Positions 45,288-55,387 of a stretch of DNA of 64,000 nt are shown in pieces. A model generated the notes under the pieces. It worked only from the letters and a program-made list of their open reading frames with translations, was not told where the DNA came from and did not search any database. The translations under genes and the position numbers were made by a program. How positions within the stretch are numbered: position 1 is the stretch's first letter; every line of letters starts with the position of its first letter. This DNA comes from Betaproteobacteria bacterium (GTDB taxonomy: Bacteria > Pseudomonadota > Gammaproteobacteria > Burkholderiales > JACQAP01), in the NCBI GenBank assembly GCA_039931685.1, contig JBDTRK010000001.1, forward strand, positions 7,190 to 71,189, in the 5' to 3' direction.

Positions 45288-46456
45288 ATTTTCTCCAATG
45301 CCTGTTCGAGGTCGGCGATCAGGTCTTGCGCGTCCTCGACGCCTACGGAGAGTCTCACCAGGTTGTCGGTGATGCCAAGGCGGGCGCGCAATTCCACCGG
45401 CAGGGAGCCGTGGCTCATGGTGACAGGATGCCCGATCAGGCTCTCCACCCCGCCCAGGCTTTCCGCGAGCGTGAAGACCTGGCAGCTCTCCAGCGATCGG
45501 CGCACGCCCTCCATGTCGGTTTTCAGATAGACCGACACCATCGCGCCAAAACCATTCATCTGCTTTGCTGCCAACAGATGCTGGGGATGGCTCGGCAGTC
45601 CGGGATAAATTACCTTCTCCACCTTGGGATGCGTCCTCAACCAGGTCGCCAGATGCATGGCATTGCCGCAGTGCTGTTTCATGCGTAGCGGCAGCGTCTT
45701 CACGCCGCGCAGCGCCAGAAAACTGGAGAAGGGATCCATGATCGAGCCGATCGCGTTTTGCATGTATTCGAGCTTTTCCGCAATATCGGCGCGATCGCGG
45801 ACGATGACGGCGCCACCGATCATATCGGAGTGGCCGTTGATGTACTTGGTCACCGAATGCAACACGATGTCGATGCCCAGATCGAGTGGTCGTTGCACGT
45901 AAGGAGACGCGAAAGTGTTATCCACCACCGTGAGAATTCCGCGCGCCTTGCCTATTTTTGCAACTTGCTCGAGGTCGGTGATCTTGAGCAGGGGATTCGA
46001 CGGCGTCTCCACCCAGATCATTTTCGTGTCGGGCCGGATCACTTCTTCCAACGAGCCGGCGATGTTCGGATCGGCGTAACTCGTCTTCAGGTCCATCGAA
46101 CGCTTGCGCACCTTTTCGAACAGGCGCCATGAACCGCCGTACAGGTCATCCGCCGCGACGATGTGGCTGCCCGCATCGAGCAGTTCCAGCACGGTACTGC
46201 TGGCGGCGAGCCCGGAGGCAAATGCGAATCCTCTCGTACCGCTTTCGAGGTCGGCGACGCAGCGCTCGAATGCATGCCGGGTCGGGTTCTGCGAGCGGGC
46301 ATACTCGTAACCGGTATGCACGCCAGGCGAATGCTGTTTAAAAGTGGAGGTGGCAAAAATCGGCGTCATCACCGCGCCAGTTGTCGGGTCAGGGGACTGT
46401 CCGGCATGAATGCAACGGGTGGCGAAACCTTGCTTGTTCTGTTTTTTGTCTTTCAT
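45284..46456 (-). CDS. Cystathionine gamma-lyase/synthase family PLP enzyme (Cys/Met metabolism)
   Basis: 390 aa. Trans-sulfuration enzyme pattern with PLP-lysine region (HSVTKYINGHSD). Adjacent to a cystathionine beta-synthase-like gene. Confidence 0.88.
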   Translation of the reverse strand: MKDKKQNKQGFATRCIHAGQSPDPTTGAVMTPIFATSTFKQHSPGVHTGYEYARSQNPTRHAFERCVADLESGTRGFAFASGLAASSTVLELLDAGSHIVAADDLYGGSWRLFEKVRKRSMDLKTSYADPNIAGSLEEVIRPDTKMIWVETPSNPLLKITDLEQVAKIGKARGILTVVDNTFASPYVQRPLDLGIDIVLHSVTKYINGHSDMIGGAVIVRDRADIAEKLEYMQNAIGSIMDPFSSFLALRGVKTLPLRMKQHCGNAMHLATWLRTHPKVEKVIYPGLPSHPQHLLAAKQMNGFGAMVSVYLKTDMEGVRRSLESCQVFTLAESLGGVESLIGHPVTMSHGSLPVELRARLGITDNLVRLSVGVEDAQDLIADLEQALEKI

Positions 46457-46468
46457 CAGGAATCCGGT

Positions 46469-47830
46469 TCAGGGCGCGCGATTGCGCAAGTGGTTCAGGA
46501 CGTCCATGCGTGTTATTAAGCCATAGAACTTGCTGTTGTCGACGACGATGGCTACGTGCCCCTTGTTGAACGCTTCCAGCAGCTTCGGCAACGGCGTTTT
46601 CAGCCCCACGGTGTCGATGCGCTGAGTCATCGCGGAGCGCACCGGATCGCTAAAGCGCATCGGATCGTCCTGCGCAGCCGTAAGCAGATCCCATTCGTCG
46701 AGGATGCCGACCACCTTGCCATCGTCGATGACCGGAAGCTGAGAGATGTCGTAAAGCTTCATGCGCGCATACGCCGTCATCAGCTTGTCTTCCGGCGCAA
46801 TCGTTATGGTGGCGCGCTCGTCATGGCGACGGGTGATCAGGTCGCGTAAATCGCCGAAGTGCTCACGCTCGATCAGGCCGTGATCGATCAACCAGTAGTC
46901 GTTGAAGATTTTCGAAAGATACTTGTTGCCACTGTCGCACACGAAAGTCACCACGCGTTTCGGTGCTTTCTGCTCGCGGCAGTAGCGCAGTGCGGCGCCG
47001 ATCAGAGTGCCCGACGACGAGCCGGCGAGGATGGCCTCCCTGGTCAACAGTTCTCGCACTGTCGCGCAGGCTTCGGCGTCGCTGACCGAGTAGGCTTTCC
47101 TGACGCGCGAGAAATCGGCGATTGGCGGAATGAAATCCTCGCCTATGCCCTCCACCAGCCAGCTACCTGCCGCGCCGTACTTGCCGGTATGGACATAGTC
47201 GGCAAGCACCGAACCGACCGGATCGGCCAGCACCATTTCCGTGTGCGGTGACACCTTTGCAAAATAACGGGACAGCCCGGTCATGGTGCCCGATGACCCT
47301 ACCCCGAATACCACTGCGTCGACATCGTGGTCCATTTGCGCCCAGATCTCCGGGCCCGTGGTGATCTCATGAGCCAGCGGGTTGGCGGCGTTGCCGAACT
47401 GGTTGACGAAGAATGCGCCGCTTTCCTTCGCCATGCGCTCGGCCATGTCCTGGTAGTACTCCGGATGGCCCTTGCCCACATCGGAACGGGTGAGCACGAC
47501 CTGCGCGCCCATCGCCTTCAGATGGAAAATTTTTTCCCGGCTCATTTTGTCGGGAACGATCAGGATCAACTTGTACCCCTTCAGCGCGGCGACCAATGCC
47601 AAGCCCAATCCAGTATTGCCCGCGGTGGCCTCGATGATCGTTCCGCCGGGCTTGAGCTGTCCGTCCTTTTCCGCCGCCTCGATCATGGAGCGGCCAATGC
47701 GGTCCTTGATGGAACCGCCCGGGTTCTGGCTTTCCATTTTCAGGAACAGCCGGCACGCGCCTGCATCCATGCGGGTGACCTCGACCAGCGGCGTATTCCC
47801 TATCAGGTCGAGCAATTGTTGCGCGGCCAC
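46469..47830 (-). CDS. Cystathionine beta-synthase-like protein (PALP domain plus tandem CBS domains)
   Basis: GTG start behind AAGGAG. PLP-lysine motif (NPGGSIKDR) and a C-terminal CBS pair. 453 aa. Confidence 0.88.
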   Translation of the reverse strand: MAAQQLLDLIGNTPLVEVTRMDAGACRLFLKMESQNPGGSIKDRIGRSMIEAAEKDGQLKPGGTIIEATAGNTGLGLALVAALKGYKLILIVPDKMSREKIFHLKAMGAQVVLTRSDVGKGHPEYYQDMAERMAKESGAFFVNQFGNAANPLAHEITTGPEIWAQMDHDVDAVVFGVGSSGTMTGLSRYFAKVSPHTEMVLADPVGSVLADYVHTGKYGAAGSWLVEGIGEDFIPPIADFSRVRKAYSVSDAEACATVRELLTREAILAGSSSGTLIGAALRYCREQKAPKRVVTFVCDSGNKYLSKIFNDYWLIDHGLIEREHFGDLRDLITRRHDERATITIAPEDKLMTAYARMKLYDISQLPVIDDGKVVGILDEWDLLTAAQDDPMRFSDPVRSAMTQRIDTVGLKTPLPKLLEAFNKGHVAIVVDNSKFYGLITRMDVLNHLRNRAP

Positions 47831-48133
47831 CGCGATTTCTCCTTAGGATTGAATTGTGTAGCAGGGGTCGGACATCCGCTGCCGGCGCTTGTTCGGGAAG
47901 CGTCGCGTAAAGAGCCGCGGGCAAGTTTACCCCGGCACGACGAATCGGTGCATCGGGGCAGTGTTCACGCTCGACCATAGCCTGTCTGAATCCTTCCAAA
48001 TGCACTCATCCAGCACCACAGCCCTGTCTCAAACGGGCATACCGGATTTTCCGTGGCAAAGACCGGAGCCGTGTGCGGGTAAAGGTCTCGCGGCACCGCG
48101 TCTCCGGAGGATGCCAATGACCGCAAAAAGGCC

Positions 48134-48152
48134 CATAATAATAACGATTCCC
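48134..48152 (+). promoter_or_regulatory. Candidate Fur box upstream of feoA
   Basis: cATAATAATAACGATTCCC matches 13/19 positions of GATAATGATAATCATTATC. Lies 27 nt upstream of the feoA ORF. Confidence 0.3.
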
Positions 48153-48178
48153 ATTAACCTTGGTTTGTTTGCGCGCGT

Positions 48179-48493
48179 ATGCCTCTGAATACTTTTCCCG
48201 AACCGATTGCAATTGCCGACGAGTGTTTTGCGCTGAGCCGGGCCGGCGTCGGTCAGGTTGTCACGATTCGCGAGTTGCGCACCGGCGTTTGCGCGCCAGA
48301 GGGTGGAGATATCGGATTGCGCCTGCTCGAACTCGGCTTCGTCGAGGGTGAATCGCTGCGCGTGATCGCAGCCGGATTCCCGGACGGCGAGCCCATTGCA
48401 GTTCGCATCGGCAGCACGACCTTCGCATTGCGGCGCTTCGAAGCCGATCACGTGCTGGTAACGGCGGCGCCGCAGCCAGACGCGAAGCCATGA
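48179..48493 (+). CDS. feoA: Ferrous iron transport protein A
   Basis: Small SH3-like protein (LRLLELGFVEGESLRV). Overlaps the feoB start by 4 nt. Confidence 0.8.
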   Translation: MPLNTFPEPIAIADECFALSRAGVGQVVTIRELRTGVCAPEGGDIGLRLLELGFVEGESLRVIAAGFPDGEPIAVRIGSTTFALRRFEADHVLVTAAPQPDAKP

Positions 48494-50361
48494 CGCTTGC
48501 TCAATCTGCGTTGCGCATCGCATTGCTCGGCAATCCGAATTGCGGAAAGACTGCGTTGTTCAATCTGCTGACCGGCAGCCGGCAAAAGGTGGCGAACTAC
48601 GCGGGGGTGACGGTCGAGCGCAAGGAAGGACTGTTCGAAACCCCGGACGGACAACGCATTCGCGTTCTCGATTTGCCGGGGGCATACAGCCTGAATGCGC
48701 TGAGCCTCGATGAAACGATAACGCGCGACGTCGTGCTCGGTGCGATGACAGATGAATTGCGTCCAGACTTGCTCGTATGCGTCACCGACGCGACCAATCT
48801 GCGCCTCAACCTGCGACTGGTCGTCGAGGCAAAGCGGCTGGGCTTGCCAATGCTGCTGGCCCTGAACATGACCGACGTGGCGAAGCATCGTGGTGTGCAG
48901 ATCGACGTGGCTGCACTCGAGCGCGAGCTCGGCATCCCCGTTGTCCAGACGGTGGCGGTACGCCGCGGCGGCGCTGACGAGTTGATCCGGGCGATCCAGG
49001 GCCACATGTCGGATCGCCCCGTCGCGCCCGGCCTATGGAAGGCGCCTGACGTCGCGGACGTCGCAACAACCCAGCGCGAAGTGCGCCGCATACTTTGCGT
49101 CGCCGTGCGAGAACCGACGGACGAATTGCACGCGGACGATGCGATCGACCGGTTTGTGCTGCATCCAGTCTGGGGTTACGTCGTCCTGGTGCTGACCTTG
49201 TTCCTGATGTTTCAGGCCGTATTCAGCTGGGCACAGTGGCCGATGGACGCGATCAAATCGACCGTTGAAGCAACCGGCACTATGCTCAGAACGTGGCTGC
49301 CTGAAGGCATCCTGCAAAGCTTGCTCGTCGATGGTGTGGTCGCCGGAGCCGGCAGCGTGCTGGTATTCCTGCCGCAAATCCTGATTTTGTTCCTGTTCAT
49401 TCTGGCGCTGGAGGATTCGGGCTACTTGCCTCGCGCCGCCTTCATGCTCGACCGGCTGATGGGCAGCGTCGGGCTGTCAGGCCGTTCCTTCATTCCGCTG
49501 CTGTCGAGTTTCGCGTGTGCGGTTCCCGGCATCATGGCAACGCGTAGCATCGCCAATTGGCGTGACCGACTCACGACGATCATGATTGCCCCGCTTACCA
49601 CCTGCTCGGCGCGTCTGCCGGTCTACGCACTGATCATCGGTGCCTTCATTCCGCAAAAAACCGTGCTCGGATTTCTCAATCTGCAGGGCGTGGTGCTTTT
49701 CGTTTTGTATGTCGCCGGAATCGTGAGCGCGATGGCGGTCGCCTGGGTCATGAAGGTGGCCGCCGGGCGCAAAATGTTGCATCCGCTGATGATGGAATTG
49801 CCGTCGTACCGTTGGCCCAATTTGAGAAACCTGACGATCGGACTCGTAGAGCGCGCGAAAATTTTTCTCACTCGCGTCGGCACTATCATCCTCTCGTTGA
49901 CGATCCTGCTCTGGTTCCTGTCCTCTTTTCCGGCGCCGCCTGCCGATGCGGTGGGGCCGGCAATCCAGTACAGCCTGGCCGGGATCATTGGGCGGGGCCT
50001 CGAAACCGTCTTGGCGCCGATTGGCTTCAACTGGCAGATTTCCATTGCGCTGATACCCGGCCTGGCGGCGCGCGAGGTCGCCGTCGGTGCGCTGGGAACG
50101 GTGTACGCCCTGTCGGCAACCGGCGAAAACGTCGCCGCGCAGCTCACGCCGATGATCGCGCAGAGCTGGTCGCCGGCCACCGCATTTTCCCTGCTTGCCT
50201 GGTACGTCTTCGCGCCGCAATGCATTTCAACGCTGTCTATCGTGCGGCGTGAAACCAATTCCATGCGCTATCCGGTGATTATGGCAGGCTATCTGTTCGC
50301 GCTCGCCTACCTGGCGTCTTTCATCACCTATCGCGTCGCTCTCGCACTCGGTGGAGGCTGA
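48490..50361 (+). CDS. feoB: Ferrous iron transporter FeoB
   Basis: N-terminal G-domain GNPNCGKT and DLPG, followed by a polytopic membrane domain. 623 aa. Confidence 0.95.
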   Translation: MTLAQSALRIALLGNPNCGKTALFNLLTGSRQKVANYAGVTVERKEGLFETPDGQRIRVLDLPGAYSLNALSLDETITRDVVLGAMTDELRPDLLVCVTDATNLRLNLRLVVEAKRLGLPMLLALNMTDVAKHRGVQIDVAALERELGIPVVQTVAVRRGGADELIRAIQGHMSDRPVAPGLWKAPDVADVATTQREVRRILCVAVREPTDELHADDAIDRFVLHPVWGYVVLVLTLFLMFQAVFSWAQWPMDAIKSTVEATGTMLRTWLPEGILQSLLVDGVVAGAGSVLVFLPQILILFLFILALEDSGYLPRAAFMLDRLMGSVGLSGRSFIPLLSSFACAVPGIMATRSIANWRDRLTTIMIAPLTTCSARLPVYALIIGAFIPQKTVLGFLNLQGVVLFVLYVAGIVSAMAVAWVMKVAAGRKMLHPLMMELPSYRWPNLRNLTIGLVERAKIFLTRVGTIILSLTILLWFLSSFPAPPADAVGPAIQYSLAGIIGRGLETVLAPIGFNWQISIALIPGLAAREVAVGALGTVYALSATGENVAAQLTPMIAQSWSPATAFSLLAWYVFAPQCISTLSIVRRETNSMRYPVIMAGYLFALAYLASFITYRVALALGGG

Positions 50362-50364
50362 CTC

Positions 50365-50604
50365 ATGCAGAACCTGATCGCTTATTGCATCGTCGCCATC
50401 GCAATCGCTTATGTGGGCTGGCAGTTCATGCCTCAATCCACGCGCCGCTGGCTGCTCGTCCGCCTGATCGCATTGCTGCCGGTTTCGTACCGCGCCCGGT
50501 TTGCGAGCCTTCAGTCAGCCAGCCAAAACGTGGGCTGCAACACTTGCAAGGGATGTTCGGACGCGCCGACTGCCGCGCGCACAGTCCACATGCGCCGGCG
50601 CTAA
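50365..50604 (+). CDS. Small FeoB-associated membrane protein with a C-terminal Cys cluster
   Basis: ATG 3 nt after the feoB stop. One N-terminal TM helix and a GCNTCKGC motif. 79 aa. Confidence 0.55.
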   Translation: MQNLIAYCIVAIAIAYVGWQFMPQSTRRWLLVRLIALLPVSYRARFASLQSASQNVGCNTCKGCSDAPTAARTVHMRRR

Positions 50605-50651
50605 GTCCGGGATTTTCGGGAGGACTGGCTGGCGCCTGAAAGGGGCCGGAT

Positions 50652-51299
50652 CTAGGAGGCGATCGATACCTCGCCGCGATCAATGGAGTAGATCACGTCG
50701 AGCAAGTCCTGCGAGTGCGAAAGGTCTGATTCCGTCAGCACAATCGAAAGACCCCGTTGCTTGAGTCCGGCGATGACGTCAGCGAGTCGTTTGGCCAGTA
50801 CCGGCGCCACGCCTTCAAACGGCTCATCGAGCAGCAGGAGTTTGGTGCCGCACATCAGCGCGCGCGCCAGAGCCACCAGTTTTTGCTGACCTCCGGAAAG
50901 CTGCAAGGCCTTGCGATCGGAGAACGCCTCGACCTCCGGAATCATTTTGTAGACATCCGCGAGCCGTGCGCGGGTATCGGCCATGCCAGCCGACCAGGCA
51001 GGGATCAGCACGTTTTCCTCGACACTGAGCGAAGGCACAAGGCGGCGGTCCTCGGGCATGTAGCCGATGCCGTTGCGCGCTCGCTCGTGGACCGGAGTGG
51101 TGCCAAGTGGCGAGCCGTCGAAGCTGATGCTTCCCTGGCGCGATGGCAGGATGCCCATTACCGAACGCATCAACGTCGTCTTGCCGGCGCCATTACGGCC
51201 GATCAGGCCGACGAATTTCCCGGTTGGTACATCCATGCTCACGCCGCGCAGGACACTCACCGACGCGATCGAGACATTGAGCCCCTCAATGCGCAGCAT
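50652..51299 (-). CDS. livF: HAAT-family ABC transporter ATP-binding protein (LivF-like)
   Basis: Walker A GRNGAGKTT, signature LSGGQQ, Walker B LLLLDEP. Last gene of a five-gene operon. Confidence 0.9.
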   Translation of the reverse strand: MLRIEGLNVSIASVSVLRGVSMDVPTGKFVGLIGRNGAGKTTLMRSVMGILPSRQGSISFDGSPLGTTPVHERARNGIGYMPEDRRLVPSLSVEENVLIPAWSAGMADTRARLADVYKMIPEVEAFSDRKALQLSGGQQKLVALARALMCGTKLLLLDEPFEGVAPVLAKRLADVIAGLKQRGLSIVLTESDLSHSQDLLDVIYSIDRGEVSIAS

Positions 51300-52071
51300 G
51301 TTGTTCTCCGGCTACGGGTTGTCGAGCCTCCCCTGTCACGTACTTGCGCACCTCGATGTCGTTCAGCACCACGGCCGGCAGGCCGTCGGCAATGATGCGG
51401 CCTTCGTAGAAGGCGAGCACGCGCTGGGTATAGCGGTTGACGATTTCCATGTCGTGTTCGACGAACAACACGGTCACTTTCTGTGCGCGCACCGCTTCCA
51501 TTACCATGTCCATCAGTATGAATTTCTCATCGGCCGAAACTCCGGAAGTTGGTTCGTCCAGAAGCAGAATTTTCGGCTTCACCGCCATTGCCATCGCGAT
51601 GTCGAGCAATTTTCGGATGCCCTCGGGCAGAACGCCCGCCAACTTGTCGCGGTAGTCGGTCAGTTTGAACCGTTCCAGCATGCCGTCGACCGCTTCGCCG
51701 GGTGTGCCGATGTGGTGACTGACGGTCGACCAGTTTTTGCCACCGGACACGACGATGCCGATTCCGACCAGCAGATTCTCGTAAACCGAAAGCGAATTGA
51801 AAAGTTGTGGAATCTGGAACGAGCGGCAGATGCCCAGACGCGTGATCTGGCGCGGGTTCAACGCCGTGATGTCGCGGCCGCCGAATTCGATGGTGCCGGA
51901 ACTGGGCTTCAGGTAACCGGTAACCATGTTGATGAAAGTGGTCTTGCCGGCGCCGTTGCTGCCGATCAGTCCGATGACGGCATCCTGCTCGACTGCGACA
52001 TTGATGTCGCTCGCGGCCGTGACCGCACCGAAACTCTTGTTCAATCCCTTGGCCTGGAGAACGATCGTCAT
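51286..52071 (-). CDS. livG: HAAT-family ABC transporter ATP-binding protein (LivG-like)
   Basis: Walker A GSNGAGKTT and Walker B ILLLDEPTSG. 261 aa. Confidence 0.9.
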   Translation of the reverse strand: MTIVLQAKGLNKSFGAVTAASDINVAVEQDAVIGLIGSNGAGKTTFINMVTGYLKPSSGTIEFGGRDITALNPRQITRLGICRSFQIPQLFNSLSVYENLLVGIGIVVSGGKNWSTVSHHIGTPGEAVDGMLERFKLTDYRDKLAGVLPEGIRKLLDIAMAMAVKPKILLLDEPTSGVSADEKFILMDMVMEAVRAQKVTVLFVEHDMEIVNRYTQRVLAFYEGRIIADGLPAVVLNDIEVRKYVTGEARQPVAGEQHAAH

Positions 52072-52072
52072 G

Positions 52073-53014
52073 TCAGGCCGCCTTGCGCTTGCGGGTGAAT
52101 AACGACCACAACCCGCCCGGCAGGAACATGATCACCACCAGCATGGTGATGCCCAGGGCCATCTGCCAGGTGTTCGGTGAATATTCGTAGGCGAAGCTGC
52201 GGATGGTTTCAAATATGAATGCGCCGAGCATGGGCGCCAGCACGCTGCCGGTTCCGGACAGAATGCCGACGAATACAAACTCGCCGGAAGTTGTCCAGTA
52301 CGCCATCTCGGGATCGATGTGGCCGACTGCGATCGCGGCAAGGGCGCCGCCGACACCCGCGAATACCGCCGAGATAATGTAGTTCACATGGATGACGTTG
52401 CGCACCGACGCACCCATGTACTCGACACGCAATTCGTTATCCCGGATTGCCTCGGCGAGCCGGCCCATGTGCGAGTTCAGGTAACGATGCATGAACACAC
52501 CGGCGGCGAAGGCGCTTGTCACAGTCAGTGCGTAACGTACATAGCGTTCAACAGAAGTGCCCGCTACTGTAATGCCTGCGATATTGCTTGCCGTGATATT
52601 GAAACCGTCGCTGGATCCCAGCGAAGAGCTCTTGACCAGAAGGCCATACAGGATCATTGAAAAGGCGAGCGACAGCATGGCGAAAAAGATGTCGCGATAC
52701 TTGCGCAGCAGAAATCCGAGCGCGCCGGAAACCAGTGCGGTGGCAATCACCGCCGCAACAAGCATTACAGCCATGTCCGAGATCTTGAAGACCTGGTCGA
52801 GCGTTCCCGCGGCGTAGGCGCCGAGGCAGTAATACAGGCCGTGACCGAAGGATACGACGCCGGTGCGCATCAACAGCATCATGCCCAGTACGACGATGCC
52901 GTAGCACAGGGATACGTTGATCAGGAACATCCCCCAGCGCGGCAAGAACGGACCGGCGACAAGGAGGATGACCAATGACGCAACGAGAATGGGGAGTGTC
53001 GGATCGCGTTTCAT
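52073..53014 (-). CDS. livM: HAAT-family ABC transporter permease (LivM-like)
   Basis: 313-aa polytopic membrane protein within the operon. Confidence 0.88.
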   Translation of the reverse strand: MKRDPTLPILVASLVILLVAGPFLPRWGMFLINVSLCYGIVVLGMMLLMRTGVVSFGHGLYYCLGAYAAGTLDQVFKISDMAVMLVAAVIATALVSGALGFLLRKYRDIFFAMLSLAFSMILYGLLVKSSSLGSSDGFNITASNIAGITVAGTSVERYVRYALTVTSAFAAGVFMHRYLNSHMGRLAEAIRDNELRVEYMGASVRNVIHVNYIISAVFAGVGGALAAIAVGHIDPEMAYWTTSGEFVFVGILSGTGSVLAPMLGAFIFETIRSFAYEYSPNTWQMALGITMLVVIMFLPGGLWSLFTRKRKAA

Positions 53015-53907
53015 ATCTTGCGTGCTTCCTGTACGCTGAACAGGCCTTTGGGACGCACGATCAACACGAAGGCCATGACAAGGTAAATGCTGAACAGGTC
53101 AAGTTCAGGACGGTAGTGAACAGCGGCTGCGCGAACGATGCCGACCAGCAGGGCGGCGAGTGCGGCACCCGGCAGGCTGCCCAGTCCGCCAATGACCACG
53201 ACGGCGAAGGCGAGCACGATGGTCTCGGCGCCGATGCCGGGCTGCACCGAAATCATCGGCGCCGTCAGCGCTCCGCCGAGTGCACCGAGCATTGCGCCGA
53301 CGGTGAAAGTGATGAAATAGACGCGCCCGACGTTAATGCCCATTGCGCCCGACATTTCCCGGTCATGAATCACCGCCAGCAACATCTTTCCTTGTCGGGT
53401 CTTGGTCAATACCCAGGCGAGTACCACGCCAATGATTACCGCCGCGCCAAACAGGACAAGGTTGTAGTTCGGGTAAGTCAGGTCGCCGATAACGAAACTG
53501 CCAAGCAGGCCGTAGGGTTGTGAAATGAAATAGGGGTCGACCCCCCATACCAGCTTGACGAAGTCTTCAAGGATCAGGAATACCGCATAGGTCACGAGCA
53601 CGAGCACGATCTCGTCCTTGCCATACATGAAACGCAACAGCCCGCGCTCAATCACCGGGCCCGCGATCAGGCCAACCAGGATTGCCGCGAACAGCATGAC
53701 CGCGTAGCTGCCCATGGGGGGATAACCCTGTTTGATCCAAAAGCCCGCCAGAGACGCGGCGCTGTATGCGCCAAGGGCATACAGGCTGCCGTGGGCGATG
53801 TTCAGGATCTTCATCACGCCATAGATCAGCGTGAGGCCGACGGCGATGATGAACAGCCAGGACGAATAAATCAGTCCGTCAATCAGGACGGCGAGGAGTT
53901 GGGCCAT
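53011..53907 (-). CDS. livH: HAAT-family ABC transporter permease (LivH-like)
   Basis: 298-aa polytopic membrane protein. Overlaps livM by 4 nt. Confidence 0.88.
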   Translation of the reverse strand: MAQLLAVLIDGLIYSSWLFIIAVGLTLIYGVMKILNIAHGSLYALGAYSAASLAGFWIKQGYPPMGSYAVMLFAAILVGLIAGPVIERGLLRFMYGKDEIVLVLVTYAVFLILEDFVKLVWGVDPYFISQPYGLLGSFVIGDLTYPNYNLVLFGAAVIIGVVLAWVLTKTRQGKMLLAVIHDREMSGAMGINVGRVYFITFTVGAMLGALGGALTAPMISVQPGIGAETIVLAFAVVVIGGLGSLPGAALAALLVGIVRAAAVHYRPELDLFSIYLVMAFVLIVRPKGLFSVQEARKI

Positions 53908-53926
53908 GATTCTGCGTTGCGGGGTG

Positions 53927-55213
53927 CTACCACTTGCCGGGTTTCATGCCGGCCTTGATCCAGTCAATGCTTTTCACGCCTTCGGGGGGCTGCACGCGCT
54001 CGACCGAATAGTATTTGACGTTGCCGACGGTGATCTGGCCGTTGACCGTGCGCGTCGCGCCGTAGGCGGTGCCCGTTACGGCCTGATGGCCCTTGCCCAG
54101 CTTCATCATGACCTTGCCGCTCGGCGAGTCGAATGTTTCGTATTCGAAGGCCTTGATGATCTCCTCGGTTCCCGACGCGCCTTTTGCCTTGGCTTTTTCA
54201 TAGGCGCTCTTCAGGCCGAGAAATGCCTGGGCGACGCTGTACGCCGGGTAGTTCGGATAATTCTCCGCGCGCTCCTTGTAGATTTGCCGCAACCAGTCGT
54301 TCAAGGCGCTTTTCTGGGCATAGACACCGCTCGGGCCACGCGCGCCGATGATGGTGCCGTCGGGGATGCTGCCGGTCAGCCTGTGCAGATAAGGTTCGCC
54401 CGCCACCAGGATGAGCTGACTGCGGGTAAACAGATTGCGCGGTGTGGCCTGAAGCATGAAGGCTTCCAGGTCGCCCCCCCACAAACTGGAGTGAATCACA
54501 TCGGAATTGCTTTGCAGCAGCACTGAGATTTCGGGGCCATATTGACCGGCGCCGAATTTCGGCATTTGCGATGTGGTAACGACAGCTTCGGGTTTGAGCG
54601 TTTCCATTACGGCGGTGAAGTCAGCCCACGAGTCCTGGCCGTATGCGTAATTCTGGTTGATGCCGCCGTAGCTTTTCAGGCCGGGCCGGCTTTCCAACAG
54701 ATACATTGCGCCGGCCACGGCGTCCATGGTGGCATGCGGCCGGGTACGAAACACGTACTTGTAGCTCGCATCTTCGAATACGCGCGGCGTGCCGCAATCG
54801 AACAGGACGGTTATTTTCTGGAGTTCCTCGGCCACCGGCGCAACCGCCAGGCAATCGCCGCTGCCGATATAGCCAATGACGAAATCGACTTCCTGGCGCT
54901 GCACCAGATTGCGCAATTCCGCGACCTGCTTGGTGGCGCCGCCGGCCTCGTCGATTATCACCAGTTCCAGCGGGGTCCCGCCAAATCCCTTGGTCGCGTA
55001 CGGGGCCGGGACCTTGCCGGCGTTGAGCGAATCCACGATCGCCTCTGCGGCGATTTTAGCGGGGACGCCGAATGGCCCGGCAGCCGGACCCGAAAGAAAA
55101 GTCACCAGACCGATGCGGATCGGTTTGTCCTGCGCATGGCCGTTTGCCGAAACCAGAGCCGTCGCAATCAGCGCTGCCCCGGAAAGCAGAATCTTCGAAA
55201 TCCGTCTGTTCAT
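53927..55213 (-). CDS. ABC transporter periplasmic substrate-binding protein (Leu/Ile/Val-binding-protein fold, substrate unknown)
   Basis: Signal peptide MNRRISKILLSGAALIATALVSANGHA and a type I periplasmic binding fold. First gene of the operon. Start trimmed from 55225. Confidence 0.88.
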   Translation of the reverse strand: MNRRISKILLSGAALIATALVSANGHAQDKPIRIGLVTFLSGPAAGPFGVPAKIAAEAIVDSLNAGKVPAPYATKGFGGTPLELVIIDEAGGATKQVAELRNLVQRQEVDFVIGYIGSGDCLAVAPVAEELQKITVLFDCGTPRVFEDASYKYVFRTRPHATMDAVAGAMYLLESRPGLKSYGGINQNYAYGQDSWADFTAVMETLKPEAVVTTSQMPKFGAGQYGPEISVLLQSNSDVIHSSLWGGDLEAFMLQATPRNLFTRSQLILVAGEPYLHRLTGSIPDGTIIGARGPSGVYAQKSALNDWLRQIYKERAENYPNYPAYSVAQAFLGLKSAYEKAKAKGASGTEEIIKAFEYETFDSPSGKVMMKLGKGHQAVTGTAYGATRTVNGQITVGNVKYYSVERVQPPEGVKSIDWIKAGMKPGKW

Positions 55214-55387
55214 AATCCCCCCCACTGGTGCTTGTTATTCTTCACAAAACGATCCGGCGAATATTGTGCCTCGACAAATTATTCCATTTCGTTCGGAATC
55301 TATCAGGTTTTGGCCCCGCGCAGCAACGCATCAACGGACGGACGTCGCGCCGGGCGGGATGCAGCGCCTGCCTTTGCAGGCCGGACG

